A stretch of DNA of 64,000 nucleotides from Pseudomonadota bacterium (GCA_021848965.1 JAJZTL010000001.1:1910-65909), one strand, 5' to 3'. Shown: positions 28,996 to 38,683, numbered from the stretch's first letter. Numbers and translations are program-made. Notes: generated from the sequence alone by a model not told the origin.

Positions 28996-29146
28996 TCATT
29001 TTACGATTTGGGCATAAAAAATTGAAAATAGCACGAATCAATTCATCATTTAATGAACTAATGCTTTTCAGATCTCCACGATCAACCGCGCGACTAATTT
29101 CTTCTTCTTCATCCAAAAACACATCAAAAACACTAGTCTTTTTCAT
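28982..29146 (-). CDS. Small ORF (54 aa), possibly a truncated antitoxin-like remnant
   Basis: Below the track cutoff. AAGAGGA Shine-Dalgarno 7 nt before the ATG. Sequence MKKTSVFDVFLDEEEEISRAVDRGDLKSISSLNDELIR.... The last 5 codons and the stop lie inside REPIN A. Confidence 0.35.
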   Translation of the reverse strand: MKKTSVFDVFLDEEEEISRAVDRGDLKSISSLNDELIRAIFNFLCPNRKMTFRL

Positions 29147-29227
29147 TTTCTTTTCCTCTTATATAATGAATAACAAATGTATTTAGATGCTATTGCTTTT
29201 TGATTTCTCTCTCTTCATAATCAAGAA

Positions 29228-30427
29228 ATGTCATCGAATATTTTTCCTAAACGCATTGTATTAGGTGTTACCGGGGGTATTGGCGCCTACAAAAGTGCTG
29301 AATTGATTCGTCTTTTAGGAGAACAAGGCTCTGAAGTTCGTGTCATTATGACAGAATCGGCCAAAGCCTTTATTACTCCTCTTACCCTGCAAGCACTCTC
29401 AGGATTTCCCGTCTATGATTCTTTATGGGATGGCTCTTCATCTGGCATGCCGCATATTGATTTAGCTAAATGGGCGGACTGCATTTTAATTGCCCCCACA
29501 ACTGCTGATTGCATGGCAAGACTGGCTCATGGTTTTGCAGATGACTTATTAACCACCACTTCTTTAGCATCCTTAGCACCGCTCGTGATTACCCCAGCCA
29601 TGAATCAAGCCATGTGGCAACACGCCGCAACACAACACAACAAAAAGACTCTTGAACAGCGTGGAGTTATTTTTTTAGGCCCTGACTCAGGCTCTCAAGC
29701 GTGTGGCGATAATGGCCCGGGAAGAATGCTAGAACCAGAAGATATTATTAAACTATTAGACTCTCATTTTTCTAAAAAAGCATTGCTGAAAAATATTCCC
29801 CTATTAATTACCGCAGGCCCAACACAAGAAGCGCTAGATCCCGTTCGTTTTATTAGCAATCATAGTTCTGGAAAAATGGGTTACGCTTTGGCGCGCGTGG
29901 CAAGCCAATGGGGCGCAAAGGTCACATTGATTAGCGGCCCCGTTGCATTAGAATGCCCTCCACATGTTACCTGCATTCAAGTGCGGTCAGCAGAAAACAT
30001 GCATCATGCGGTGATGCAGAGTATTTCTGAAGCCGCGATTTTCATTAGTACTGCGGCCGTAGCAGATTATCGACCGGTGTCGATTGCCACACAGAAAATC
30101 AAAAAAACCGAAGATGAGCTTCTTTCCCTGCACTTAATTAAAAATCCTGACATTTTGCTGGATGTTTCGCGTCTAAAAAATAGACCATTTCTTGTGGGGT
30201 TTGCTGCTGAAACCGAAAATCTCTTAGACAATGCTCAGCAAAAATTACAAAAGAAAAATGTAGATATGATCATTGCCAACTCAGCAGATGCTTTTTATCA
30301 AGAAGATAATAAAGGTTGGATTTTAACCAAAGATAAAACCACTGAATTGCCACGACTTTCAAAAATAACCATGGCTGAAAAAATTCTTGAAGCCGTGACC
30401 GAGTTTTATTTATCTATACCCAATTAA
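29228..30427 (+). CDS. coaBC: Bifunctional phosphopantothenoylcysteine decarboxylase / phosphopantothenate-cysteine ligase
   Basis: Flavoprotein N-domain (ILGVTGGIGAYK, PAMN) and CoaB C-domain (ITAGPT.E.LDPVRFISNHSSGKMG, AAVADYR). Confidence 0.95.
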   Translation: MSSNIFPKRIVLGVTGGIGAYKSAELIRLLGEQGSEVRVIMTESAKAFITPLTLQALSGFPVYDSLWDGSSSGMPHIDLAKWADCILIAPTTADCMARLAHGFADDLLTTTSLASLAPLVITPAMNQAMWQHAATQHNKKTLEQRGVIFLGPDSGSQACGDNGPGRMLEPEDIIKLLDSHFSKKALLKNIPLLITAGPTQEALDPVRFISNHSSGKMGYALARVASQWGAKVTLISGPVALECPPHVTCIQVRSAENMHHAVMQSISEAAIFISTAAVADYRPVSIATQKIKKTEDELLSLHLIKNPDILLDVSRLKNRPFLVGFAAETENLLDNAQQKLQKKNVDMIIANSADAFYQEDNKGWILTKDKTTELPRLSKITMAEKILEAVTEFYLSIPN

Positions 30428-30441
30428 CTTCGTCTAATAAA

Positions 30442-30517
30442 CTTTCGGTTGTAGGTGCAGGTCATGTGCCTGCCCGCTGATGCGCGACCACAAGAGTCAC
30501 CCCTACAAAAAACGAAA
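30442..30517. repeat. REPIN-like doublet B (inverted relative to A)
   Basis: Its reverse complement, TTTCGTTTTTTGTAGGGGTGACTCTTGTGGTCGCG..GGGCAGGCACATGACCTGCACCTACAACCGAAAG, aligns end to end with doublet A. Confidence 0.75.
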
Positions 30518-30523
30518 TCGTTG

Positions 30524-30565
30524 TTGACAACCAAGATTAAAACTTGTATTATTTAATACAAGTTT
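30524..30565 (+). promoter_or_regulatory. Sigma70-like promoter overlapped by a 26-bp perfect palindrome (operator candidate)
   Basis: TTGACA (30524-30529), 17-nt spacer, TATTAT (30547-30552). Palindrome AAACTTGTATTA-TT-TAATACAAGTTT at 30540-30565. Confidence 0.45.
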
Positions 30566-30574
30566 AAAGAGCAA

Positions 30575-30616
30575 CTCACAGAAACGATGAAATTCGAAGC
30601 TCTACGTTTCTGTGAG
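30575..30616 (+). promoter_or_regulatory. 5'-leader hairpin (12-13-bp stem, 18-nt loop)
   Basis: CTCACAGAAACG-N18-CGTTTCTGTGAG lies in the ~190-nt leader of the FAD-protein/MFS operon. It embeds an 11-codon mini-ORF, MKFEALRFCES (30587-30622). Confidence 0.35.
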
Positions 30617-30750
30617 TCATAGAGACAACTAATAAATAGTCCGCTCTCGGGAACCAATAGTAGCATAAGCATTATTTTTATCCAAGAGTCGAACTATTAG
30701 TTGTGTAATTTTATGCAACTTTTCGATTTGTTTAACAGGGTAAAACTATC

Positions 30751-32265
30751 ATGCAAAAACTTAATATTGCCATTATTGGAGGAGGACTCTCTTCTATTAC
30801 CTTTTTGGAATCTTTCATTCAAGAATTCTTACAGACACAATCATCTAATAAACTCTATATCACCTTATTTGAAAAAAAAGAAGAAGTTGGTGTAGGCCTC
30901 GCTTATCAGCATGATTTAGATAATCTTTTACTTAATACACCAATAGAAAAAATGTTTATTCATGCAAAAGATTTAGAAGATTTTAAAATTTGGTTTGAAA
31001 AATATTCTGCATTCCAAGAAGAAAAAGTTCAAACAACAGAATATATTTCAAGAAAAGTTTTTGGATATTATATAAAAGAGCGTTTAAGTAAAAATATTGC
31101 AGTCGCTCAATCATTAGGTATTCACGTAAATATTATTCAAAAATCTGTGGTAAATATCAGAGATTTAATTTTATTAAGAGAAATTGAAACCCGTGATGGT
31201 GAAAAATATAATGCTGACTTTATTATTTTATGCACTGGAAATAATCAATCAAAAGATATTTATCAACTTTCCAGTACACCACACTATATTCATTCCCCTT
31301 ACCCTATTTATAAAAACTTTTCGGACATCCAAAAAACAGATTCAATAGGCGTTATTGGTAGCGGGTTAACCGGTATCGATGTGGCAATATCATTAAAAAA
31401 ATTAGGTGTTTCTGGCAATATTGATTTATTGTCTAGACGTCATGTTTATCCTTATGTAAGAAGCCAATTCAATCACCATGAAATGAAATTCTTTACTCTT
31501 CAAGAAATTCAAGGCATAAAAAATAAAAAAGGTAAATTGACTTTAAAAGACTCTCTAAAATTGTTCAAAAAAGAATTACAATCTATTGATAATCTTTCAT
31601 GGAAGTTTTTTTTCAAAGAACAAGACAGGCATGCAAATTTTGCTGATATATTATTTCAAGAAATAGAGGCTGCAGAAAAAATACGCCCCTGGCAAGGATT
31701 GCTCATGTCGACAAACTCTGTCGTAGAACAGTGGTGGAATCTACTGGACGATCATTCAAAAAAAATATTTATGAAGCACTTTCACCGCATCTGGCTAAAC
31801 AAGCGCGTGCCAATACCTGCCAATAATGCTAAAATTCTGCTTGAAATGGCTAAAAAAAATCAACTTGAAATGTTATCTGGTTTACGATCAATTCACTATG
31901 ACACAGAAAAAAAACAGTATGTTGTTTCTACACAATCGGGTGGAAAAAAATATTATGATTGGATTATTAATGCAACCGGTCCTTCACGAGATGTTGAGCC
32001 TAATGATAAATTTTTACAACAATTAATTGAAAACAAATTAGCCCGAAAAAATCCTTATGGTGGATTAGATGTAGATTTTGAAACTTCCGCGCTAATTAAT
32101 GAAAATGGTTGCGCCAACCCATTTATACGAGTGCTGGGCCATAATACAGCAGGAACTTATTACTTCGTAAGCTCGGTTGAAATGATCGCACAAAAAGCCG
32201 TTAAAATTGCCAAACACTTAGCCCACTCAATGCAATCAACGCCTGTAATGGAGCTTGCTGCATGA
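30751..32265 (+). CDS. FAD/NAD(P)-binding oxidoreductase (NAD_binding_9-like)
   Basis: N-terminal dinucleotide motif IAIIGGGLSS and a second Rossmann motif IGVIGSGLTGIDV. 504 aa. Confidence 0.7.
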   Translation: MQKLNIAIIGGGLSSITFLESFIQEFLQTQSSNKLYITLFEKKEEVGVGLAYQHDLDNLLLNTPIEKMFIHAKDLEDFKIWFEKYSAFQEEKVQTTEYISRKVFGYYIKERLSKNIAVAQSLGIHVNIIQKSVVNIRDLILLREIETRDGEKYNADFIILCTGNNQSKDIYQLSSTPHYIHSPYPIYKNFSDIQKTDSIGVIGSGLTGIDVAISLKKLGVSGNIDLLSRRHVYPYVRSQFNHHEMKFFTLQEIQGIKNKKGKLTLKDSLKLFKKELQSIDNLSWKFFFKEQDRHANFADILFQEIEAAEKIRPWQGLLMSTNSVVEQWWNLLDDHSKKIFMKHFHRIWLNKRVPIPANNAKILLEMAKKNQLEMLSGLRSIHYDTEKKQYVVSTQSGGKKYYDWIINATGPSRDVEPNDKFLQQLIENKLARKNPYGGLDVDFETSALINENGCANPFIRVLGHNTAGTYYFVSSVEMIAQKAVKIAKHLAHSMQSTPVMELAA

Positions 32266-33443
32266 TCAAAACGCGCTGGCTCACTATTCCTTTTTTAATT
32301 GCCTTGGTCATTTTACCGAGGATTTCAACTGATCTTTATTTGCCATCGGTACCCAATATGGGAAAATTTTTCCACACAAATGCATCCCTGTTGCAAATGA
32401 CCTTGACGACTTTTATGTTTGGATACGCATTGTCCGTTTTAATTACAGGTCCACTGTCTGATGTGTTTGGAAGAAAAAAAATTGCATTATATGGCCTATT
32501 CATTTACGCAATTGCCACGCTTTATTGTGCTTTATCTAGCTCGATTGAAGCATTAATTATTGCTCGCTTTTTTCAAGCCTTAGGCGGAGGGTGCGGAACT
32601 GTTATTGCGCGTGTTATTGTGAAAGATTCTTACGCAAAAAACCAGCAAATTCATATGCTCGCTTATCTTTCCGCCGCTATGGGTATCTGTCCATTATGTA
32701 TTCCGATTCTTGGAGGTACTCTTGATTTTTATCTAGGATGGCAAGCTGTGTTTTATGCTTTGGAAATCTTTGCGATTGCTCTGCTTATCATGGTTTTATA
32801 TCAGGTTCAGCAAAACTCAATAAAATTACCCCGAATCAAGTTAAAAGATTTAATGGGGCACTATAACTATATACTCACGCATCGTATTTTTTTAGGTTAT
32901 AGTTTAACCATTGGATTAGCTTGGTCAGGTTACATGGTTTTTACCGTAGAATCTCCTTTTTTATTACAACAAAATATGCATTTAAATGCCGTGCTTTTTG
33001 GGTGTCTGTTTGCGTTGGCGGTTGTGGGATATCTCATTGGTACTCAATTGACAAAACGCTTTGCTAATCAAATAGGATGGGATAAATTGATATTCATTGC
33101 GGCCCTATCTTGTTTAAGTGGCGCGTTGATTATGTTTGTATTAGCTGAGTTATTTGAACCACGTTGGTTTATGTTAATTTTTCCGATGTTACTCATTATG
33201 ATGGGGGTAGGCATTATTATTCCATGTACTCAAGCGGCGGTATTGCAACCCTTTCCAGAAATAACCGGTACCGCTTCGGGACTTTTTTTCTTTATTCAAA
33301 TGTTATTTGGAGGTATTTGTAGTTTAATCGTGCAATTATTTTCCGATCATTCTATGCAAACAGTCAGCCTCTTTTTGCTCAGTATTAGTTCATTATTGAT
33401 AATAAGTTTTTATCAAATCATTGGCTTGAAAAAAAATGATTAA
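32262..33443 (+). CDS. MFS efflux transporter, Bcr/CflA subfamily
   Basis: 12-TM profile, motif A GPLSDVFGRKK, RFFQALGGG. 4-nt overlap with the upstream gene. Confidence 0.85.
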   Translation: MIKTRWLTIPFLIALVILPRISTDLYLPSVPNMGKFFHTNASLLQMTLTTFMFGYALSVLITGPLSDVFGRKKIALYGLFIYAIATLYCALSSSIEALIIARFFQALGGGCGTVIARVIVKDSYAKNQQIHMLAYLSAAMGICPLCIPILGGTLDFYLGWQAVFYALEIFAIALLIMVLYQVQQNSIKLPRIKLKDLMGHYNYILTHRIFLGYSLTIGLAWSGYMVFTVESPFLLQQNMHLNAVLFGCLFALAVVGYLIGTQLTKRFANQIGWDKLIFIAALSCLSGALIMFVLAELFEPRWFMLIFPMLLIMMGVGIIIPCTQAAVLQPFPEITGTASGLFFFIQMLFGGICSLIVQLFSDHSMQTVSLFLLSISSLLIISFYQIIGLKKND

Positions 33444-33963
33444 AATTATTCAATTACACGATATTATAATTGAAGTAACGAGAAAAAAAATTAAAAATCT
33501 TCACTTAAAAGTTCTCCATCCGGATGGCAAAGTGACCATTTCAGCACCTCTTCGTATGAGTTTTAAATGTATTTATGATTTCGCTTTATCTAAACTTGAA
33601 TGGATTCAAACCAATCAACAAAAAATACTAGAAAAAAAGCCTCTCGAAAAATTAAAATATTTAGAAGGAGAACTGCTTGAAATACTGGGCGATTTAATCA
33701 CCAAATGGGAACCTATTATGAATGTAAAAGTTCAACAGTTTTCTATACGAAAAATGAAAACTCGTTGGGGAAGCTGTAGCCATCACACTGGAAAAATACG
33801 CTTTAATTTAGAGTTAGCAAAATATTCATTAGAATGCATAGAATATGTCGTTATTCATGAAATGGTTCATTTACTTGAACCCTCTCACAACCATCGTTTT
33901 AAAACATTTATGACTCAATTTATGCCTGAATGGCGGTTAATTCGTGCTCAACTAAAAAGATAA
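33436..33963 (+). CDS. YgjP-like metal-dependent hydrolase (DUF45/M48-like)
   Basis: MKTRWGSCS...IRFNLEL...YVVIHEMVHLLEPSHNHRF (HExxH). Confidence 0.8.
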   Translation: MIKIIQLHDIIIEVTRKKIKNLHLKVLHPDGKVTISAPLRMSFKCIYDFALSKLEWIQTNQQKILEKKPLEKLKYLEGELLEILGDLITKWEPIMNVKVQQFSIRKMKTRWGSCSHHTGKIRFNLELAKYSLECIEYVVIHEMVHLLEPSHNHRFKTFMTQFMPEWRLIRAQLKR

Positions 33964-34083
33964 AAAACCTATTAAGCGAATATAGACATCCATATATTAC
34001 AAGTGACCGCATTTTCAACCTTGTGTTTTTTATATTTTGCATATAAAATACAATATTGTTTTTAATAATTGTTGGTAAGATAC

Positions 34084-35457
34084 ATGAATCGTAAAGCAAT
34101 ATTATTTTTGACTAGCTGGCTTCAGGACATTGGTAGAAAACCATTGGTGATACGTGGTGCACGGCAAGTAGGTAAAACTTGGATAGTACGTGAGTTGGCT
34201 CGCCTGATGAATAAGCAGCTGATTGAACTGAATTTTGAAAGAAATCTTCGTTGGCGAGATCTTTTTTCAAGTAATAATTCTAAAGAAATTTTGCTCAATA
34301 TTGAATCTGAGCTAAATATCACCATAAAATCAGAAAATAGTTTATTATTTCTTGATGAAATTCAAGCGTTTCCTGAGCTCTTGGCTAAGTTACGCTGGTT
34401 TTATGAGGATATGCCAGAATTACCGATTATTGCAGCAGGTTCGCTTCTTGAGTTTGTGCTGGCACAACACGAATTTAGCATGCCGGTTGGTCGCATTCAG
34501 TATTTGCACATAGAACCTTTATCCTTGGAAGAGTTTTTGTCAGCCCATGGGGAAGAAAAATTGTTAGAATTTTTGGCGTCTTGGCAATGGGATAAAACTA
34601 TCCCCATGAGCATTCATGAAAAACTATTGAATTATACAAAAGAATATATGCTGGTAGGCGGAATGCCAGAAGCTGTATTCAGTTGGCAAACACTTCGCTC
34701 TCTCGAAAAAGTTGAGCAAATACATCATAATATTCTTGCCACCTATCGAGATGATTTTTCAAAATATTCGAAACGAGTTTCTACCAATCGATTAGATGAA
34801 ATTTTGCTGACCATTCCAAAATCACTCGGAGAAAAATTTGTTTTTAGCCGGGTAAATAAGCAGGTGCCTACAGAAATAATAAAGTCAGGACTGCAACTGT
34901 TATGCATGGCAAGGGTATGTCATAAAGTCTTAGCCAGTTATGGTAATGGTATTCCTTTGGGTGCAGAAATCAAAGAAGGTTACATGAAAATAATTTTTTT
35001 AGATACCGGTTTGATTTCCTCTCTTTTGGACGTCAAATTGCATCAACTTAAGCGATTAGATGCGGTGACATTTGTTAATCAAGGTGGTTTATCCGAACAG
35101 CTAGTTGGACAATTATTGCGTGTATTAGAACCAGAATATAAAGAACCCAAATTATATTATTGGTTACGTGATGCAAAAAGTTCAAATGCTGAGATTGATT
35201 ATTTAATACAATATGATCGCAAAGTAATACCGGTTGAAGTGAAAGCAGGGAGCACTGGATCTTTAAAATCATTACATCAATTCATGCAAACAAAAAATCT
35301 ATCTCATGGTCTTCGTATAAACGCTGATCTTCCTTCTGTAACTGACGTTAATGTTAAAACATCAACAGGAGACTCGGTAAATTATCAATTATTATCATTG
35401 CCTTTTTATTTGATCGAACAATTGAATCGTTTATGTGATAATAAAATATGTTCTTAA
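34084..35457 (+). CDS. AAA-family ATPase with DUF4143-like C-terminal domain
   Basis: Walker A GARQVGKT, Walker B LLFLDEIQ, C-terminal ..AEIDYLIQYDRKVIPVEVKAG (restriction-endonuclease-like fold signature of this family). Confidence 0.8.
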   Translation: MNRKAILFLTSWLQDIGRKPLVIRGARQVGKTWIVRELARLMNKQLIELNFERNLRWRDLFSSNNSKEILLNIESELNITIKSENSLLFLDEIQAFPELLAKLRWFYEDMPELPIIAAGSLLEFVLAQHEFSMPVGRIQYLHIEPLSLEEFLSAHGEEKLLEFLASWQWDKTIPMSIHEKLLNYTKEYMLVGGMPEAVFSWQTLRSLEKVEQIHHNILATYRDDFSKYSKRVSTNRLDEILLTIPKSLGEKFVFSRVNKQVPTEIIKSGLQLLCMARVCHKVLASYGNGIPLGAEIKEGYMKIIFLDTGLISSLLDVKLHQLKRLDAVTFVNQGGLSEQLVGQLLRVLEPEYKEPKLYYWLRDAKSSNAEIDYLIQYDRKVIPVEVKAGSTGSLKSLHQFMQTKNLSHGLRINADLPSVTDVNVKTSTGDSVNYQLLSLPFYLIEQLNRLCDNKICS

Positions 35458-35472
35458 GAACTTGTTCAAAGA

Positions 35473-38400
35473 TTAATCCAACGCATGCGTATGATCTTTC
35501 GCGAAGAAAGTATACATCGTTGGCACGACAAACAGTGTAAAACATGTACCAATAAGCATACCTGATGCAATCACTAAACCAATATTAAAGCGGCTTACCG
35601 ATCCTGCGCCTGAGGCAAAAATCAGCGGAACCACACCAAAAATCATCGCCGCTGTGGTCATTAAAATCGGGCGTAACCGAATGCCGGCTGCTTCAACAAT
35701 CGCTTCGGTAAGAGGCAAATTTTTACTTTTTTGCAAATGATTCGCAAAGTCTGTCATCAAAATACCGTGTTTGGTAATCAGCCCAATAAGCGTAATCAAA
35801 CCGATCTGCGTATAAATATTAATCGTTGCGACGCCTAAATTTAATGGAATAAGGGCGCCACAAATAGACAAAGGCACGCTTACCAAAATAATGAGCGGAT
35901 CACGGAAACTCTCAAATTGTGCTGATAATACTAAGAAAATCACAATAACAGAGAAAAAGAAAATCAACACTAAAGCATTACCTTCATGTACGAATTGACG
36001 TGCTTCACCGCTGTAATCATAAGAGAATCCCTTAGGCAACAACTCATCCGCGGTTGTTTGTAAAAAGTTCACCCCTTCACCTACAGTATGTCCCGGCATC
36101 ATGGCTAATTGAATTGTCGTCGATTTCATTTGTTGGAAGTGGGTTAATTTATTCGGTTCTGTATTTAATTCAAGCTCTGCTATCGTTGAAAGAGGAACCA
36201 TAGTTCCATCGGATGTCTTAAGATGAATTTGCTCCAATTGCTCTGGGTTTAATCGAAACTTTCGATCCAACTGCGGTATCACTTCATAGCTGCGTCCCAT
36301 CAAGTTAAAATAATTGACATAGCCCCCCGATAATGCAGCCGATAAAGCATCACCAATGGCTTGCATGTCTAATCCTAAATCAGCGGCCTTGCTTCGATTA
36401 ATGCGGAATGTCGCTTGAGGGTTATCAAATTTTAAGCCGTTATCGGCATAAATAAATAAACCACTGCTGAGAATTTTTCCCAGAAATTTTTGTGATAATT
36501 CATAGAGTGATTGATAATCACCGGTTGTTTGAATCACAAATTGCATGCCATCTTCTCCGCCAGGTAAAGGAGGTGGCTGCATGGCATAAGTCTGTAATCC
36601 CGCTATTTGGCTTAATTGCATTTGTAAGGGGCCTGTTAATTCACCCGCTGTTTTTTCACGCTGATCCCATGGCTTTAATATCATGCCACCAAAAGCAGAA
36701 TTTACACCATTAAAGCCATTCACAACGAAATAATCACGCCTCTCAGGGACAGCCGAAAAAATCGTATTAAATACCTGAGAATATTTCTCTGTATAATTTA
36801 AAGTAGCGGATTGAGGACCTGAAGAAAATGCCATAAAAAATCCCGTATCCTCTTGCGGGGCTGTTTCCTGGGCAGTATGTGTGTATAAAAAAACCAATGT
36901 CAATAATACCGTTACCACAAAAACAACCACCATGGATCGTGCTTTTAAAACACCCGCCAGCATTTTTTTATAACGCAGTTTCAGTTTTCCAAAAAAAACA
37001 TCCAAGAAGTGCACAAAGCGATGACTCTCAATATCTTGCGTTAAAATTTTAGATCCCATCATAGGCGATAAGGTCAGTGCTACCACTCCCGAAACAATCA
37101 CCGCACAGGCTAGCATAAAGGCAAATTCTTTGAATAATGCTCCAGTAACGCCACCCAGAAAACCAATAGGTGCGTAAACCGCCGCTAATGTAATCGTCAT
37201 GGAAATAACCGGCATGGCAATTTCTCTCGCGCCCAAGAGAGCCGCATCAAAAGGCTTATACCCTTCTTCAATGTGTCGAAAAATATTTTCGACTACGACA
37301 ATGGCATCATCCACAACTAACCCAATAGCTAACACCATCGCTAATAAAGTCAGTAAATTTATCGAATAGCCTAGCATTAACAGCAGAGAAAAGACCCCTA
37401 TTAATGATAAGGGTATGGTCACCACAGGAATAAGTACGGAACGAACTGAACCAAGAAAAAGAAAAATAACAACAATAACAATTAATGCTGCTTCCCCAAG
37501 CGTATGCACTACCTCATGAATAGAGGCACGAATATAATCTGTTGCATCATACACAATTTTAGATTTTAACCCGGGCGGAAAATTTTTCTGAATTTGGGGA
37601 TACAAGGCACGAACTGCAGCAATAACATCCAGTGGATTCGCCGTAGGCATGGGCGTAATGGCCAAGAAAATAGCTTTTTTGCCATTAAACGTAACACTGG
37701 AATTATAATTCTCAGACCCTAATTCAACGGTGGATATATCTTCCAAACGAACAATAGACGTACTATGTTCGCCGGTTTGAGATTTCACAATTAACTTTTT
37801 GAACTCAGCAATATCATGTAAATCGGTATCTGCTTTCATACCAATAGAAACATAAGGCCCTTTGGTACTTCCTGCGGTTGTTAGATAGTTATTAGCCGCT
37901 AATGCATTGGATACATCACTAGGCGTAACACCTAATGCTGCCATTCTTACCGTATTCAAAAATATCCGCATGGCATACGTTTGCCCACCAAAAATATCAA
38001 CCTTAGCCACACCATTGATAGTTTCCAATTGTGGTTTCACCACACGGGTTGCATAATCTGTCATTTGCTGCGGAGTCAAATCCATACTGTCTAAATTGAT
38101 ATACATCAATGCAGTGGAATCACTGGATTCTTTAACAATTACAGGTTGCTGCGCGGCTGCAGGCAATTGATTTGTTACTGACGAAACTTTACTCATAATG
38201 TCCGTAAAGGATTTTTGCGGATCAAAATTCAGTTTAATATGGCAAGTAATCGTGCTCGTATCCATCGTACTGGTGGAGGTCATGAACTCAATACCTTCAG
38301 CACTTGCAATTGCTGTTTCAAGTGGAGTGGTTACAAACCCTTCCACCAAACCGGCATCTGCCCCAGGATAAGAAGTCGTCACAATAATTTGAGCACTTTC

Positions 38401-38520
38401 CATTTTAGGATATTGACGAATAGGCATTTCCGTCATAGAGCGCAATCCAAATAGAAAGATGAGTGCGCTAATGACAATGGCAAGCACTGGACGACGTATA
38501 AAAATATCAGTAAAGGTCAT
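35473..38520 (-). CDS. RND efflux transporter permease (AcrB/AcrD/AcrF family)
   Basis: MTFTDIFIRRPVLA start, 12-TM/2-loop architecture, conserved VVDDAIVVVENI and GLITKHGILM motifs. No adaptor gene lies next to it. Confidence 0.9.
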   Translation of the reverse strand: MTFTDIFIRRPVLAIVISALIFLFGLRSMTEMPIRQYPKMESAQIIVTTSYPGADAGLVEGFVTTPLETAIASAEGIEFMTSTSTMDTSTITCHIKLNFDPQKSFTDIMSKVSSVTNQLPAAAQQPVIVKESSDSTALMYINLDSMDLTPQQMTDYATRVVKPQLETINGVAKVDIFGGQTYAMRIFLNTVRMAALGVTPSDVSNALAANNYLTTAGSTKGPYVSIGMKADTDLHDIAEFKKLIVKSQTGEHSTSIVRLEDISTVELGSENYNSSVTFNGKKAIFLAITPMPTANPLDVIAAVRALYPQIQKNFPPGLKSKIVYDATDYIRASIHEVVHTLGEAALIVIVVIFLFLGSVRSVLIPVVTIPLSLIGVFSLLLMLGYSINLLTLLAMVLAIGLVVDDAIVVVENIFRHIEEGYKPFDAALLGAREIAMPVISMTITLAAVYAPIGFLGGVTGALFKEFAFMLACAVIVSGVVALTLSPMMGSKILTQDIESHRFVHFLDVFFGKLKLRYKKMLAGVLKARSMVVVFVVTVLLTLVFLYTHTAQETAPQEDTGFFMAFSSGPQSATLNYTEKYSQVFNTIFSAVPERRDYFVVNGFNGVNSAFGGMILKPWDQREKTAGELTGPLQMQLSQIAGLQTYAMQPPPLPGGEDGMQFVIQTTGDYQSLYELSQKFLGKILSSGLFIYADNGLKFDNPQATFRINRSKAADLGLDMQAIGDALSAALSGGYVNYFNLMGRSYEVIPQLDRKFRLNPEQLEQIHLKTSDGTMVPLSTIAELELNTEPNKLTHFQQMKSTTIQLAMMPGHTVGEGVNFLQTTADELLPKGFSYDYSGEARQFVHEGNALVLIFFFSVIVIFLVLSAQFESFRDPLIILVSVPLSICGALIPLNLGVATINIYTQIGLITLIGLITKHGILMTDFANHLQKSKNLPLTEAIVEAAGIRLRPILMTTAAMIFGVVPLIFASGAGSVSRFNIGLVIASGMLIGTCFTLFVVPTMYTFFAKDHTHALD

Positions 38521-38683
38521 CGTAATAGGTAAGTGATTATAAAAACGTGGCATTTTACTCGCAATTTAACTATTGGGCAATTTCATGTTTTTTTGACTAT
38601 CATAAAAAAATTGTTTTCTCAATCAAAATAAATGCCACATTCCATAGGCTTTTCATTTCTAAAACGCGGAAGTCAGGAAATTA

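Noticed and set aside
28872-29186. 104-aa plus-strand ORF after the giant gene
   Set aside because: It is made largely of REPIN A sequence and the antisense of the small SD-preceded ORF. It overlaps the giant-gene stop and has no RBS.
35473-38520. RND permease lacking an adjacent membrane-fusion adaptor or outer-membrane factor
   Set aside because: Orphan RND genes with partners encoded elsewhere are common. There is no sequence evidence of decay.
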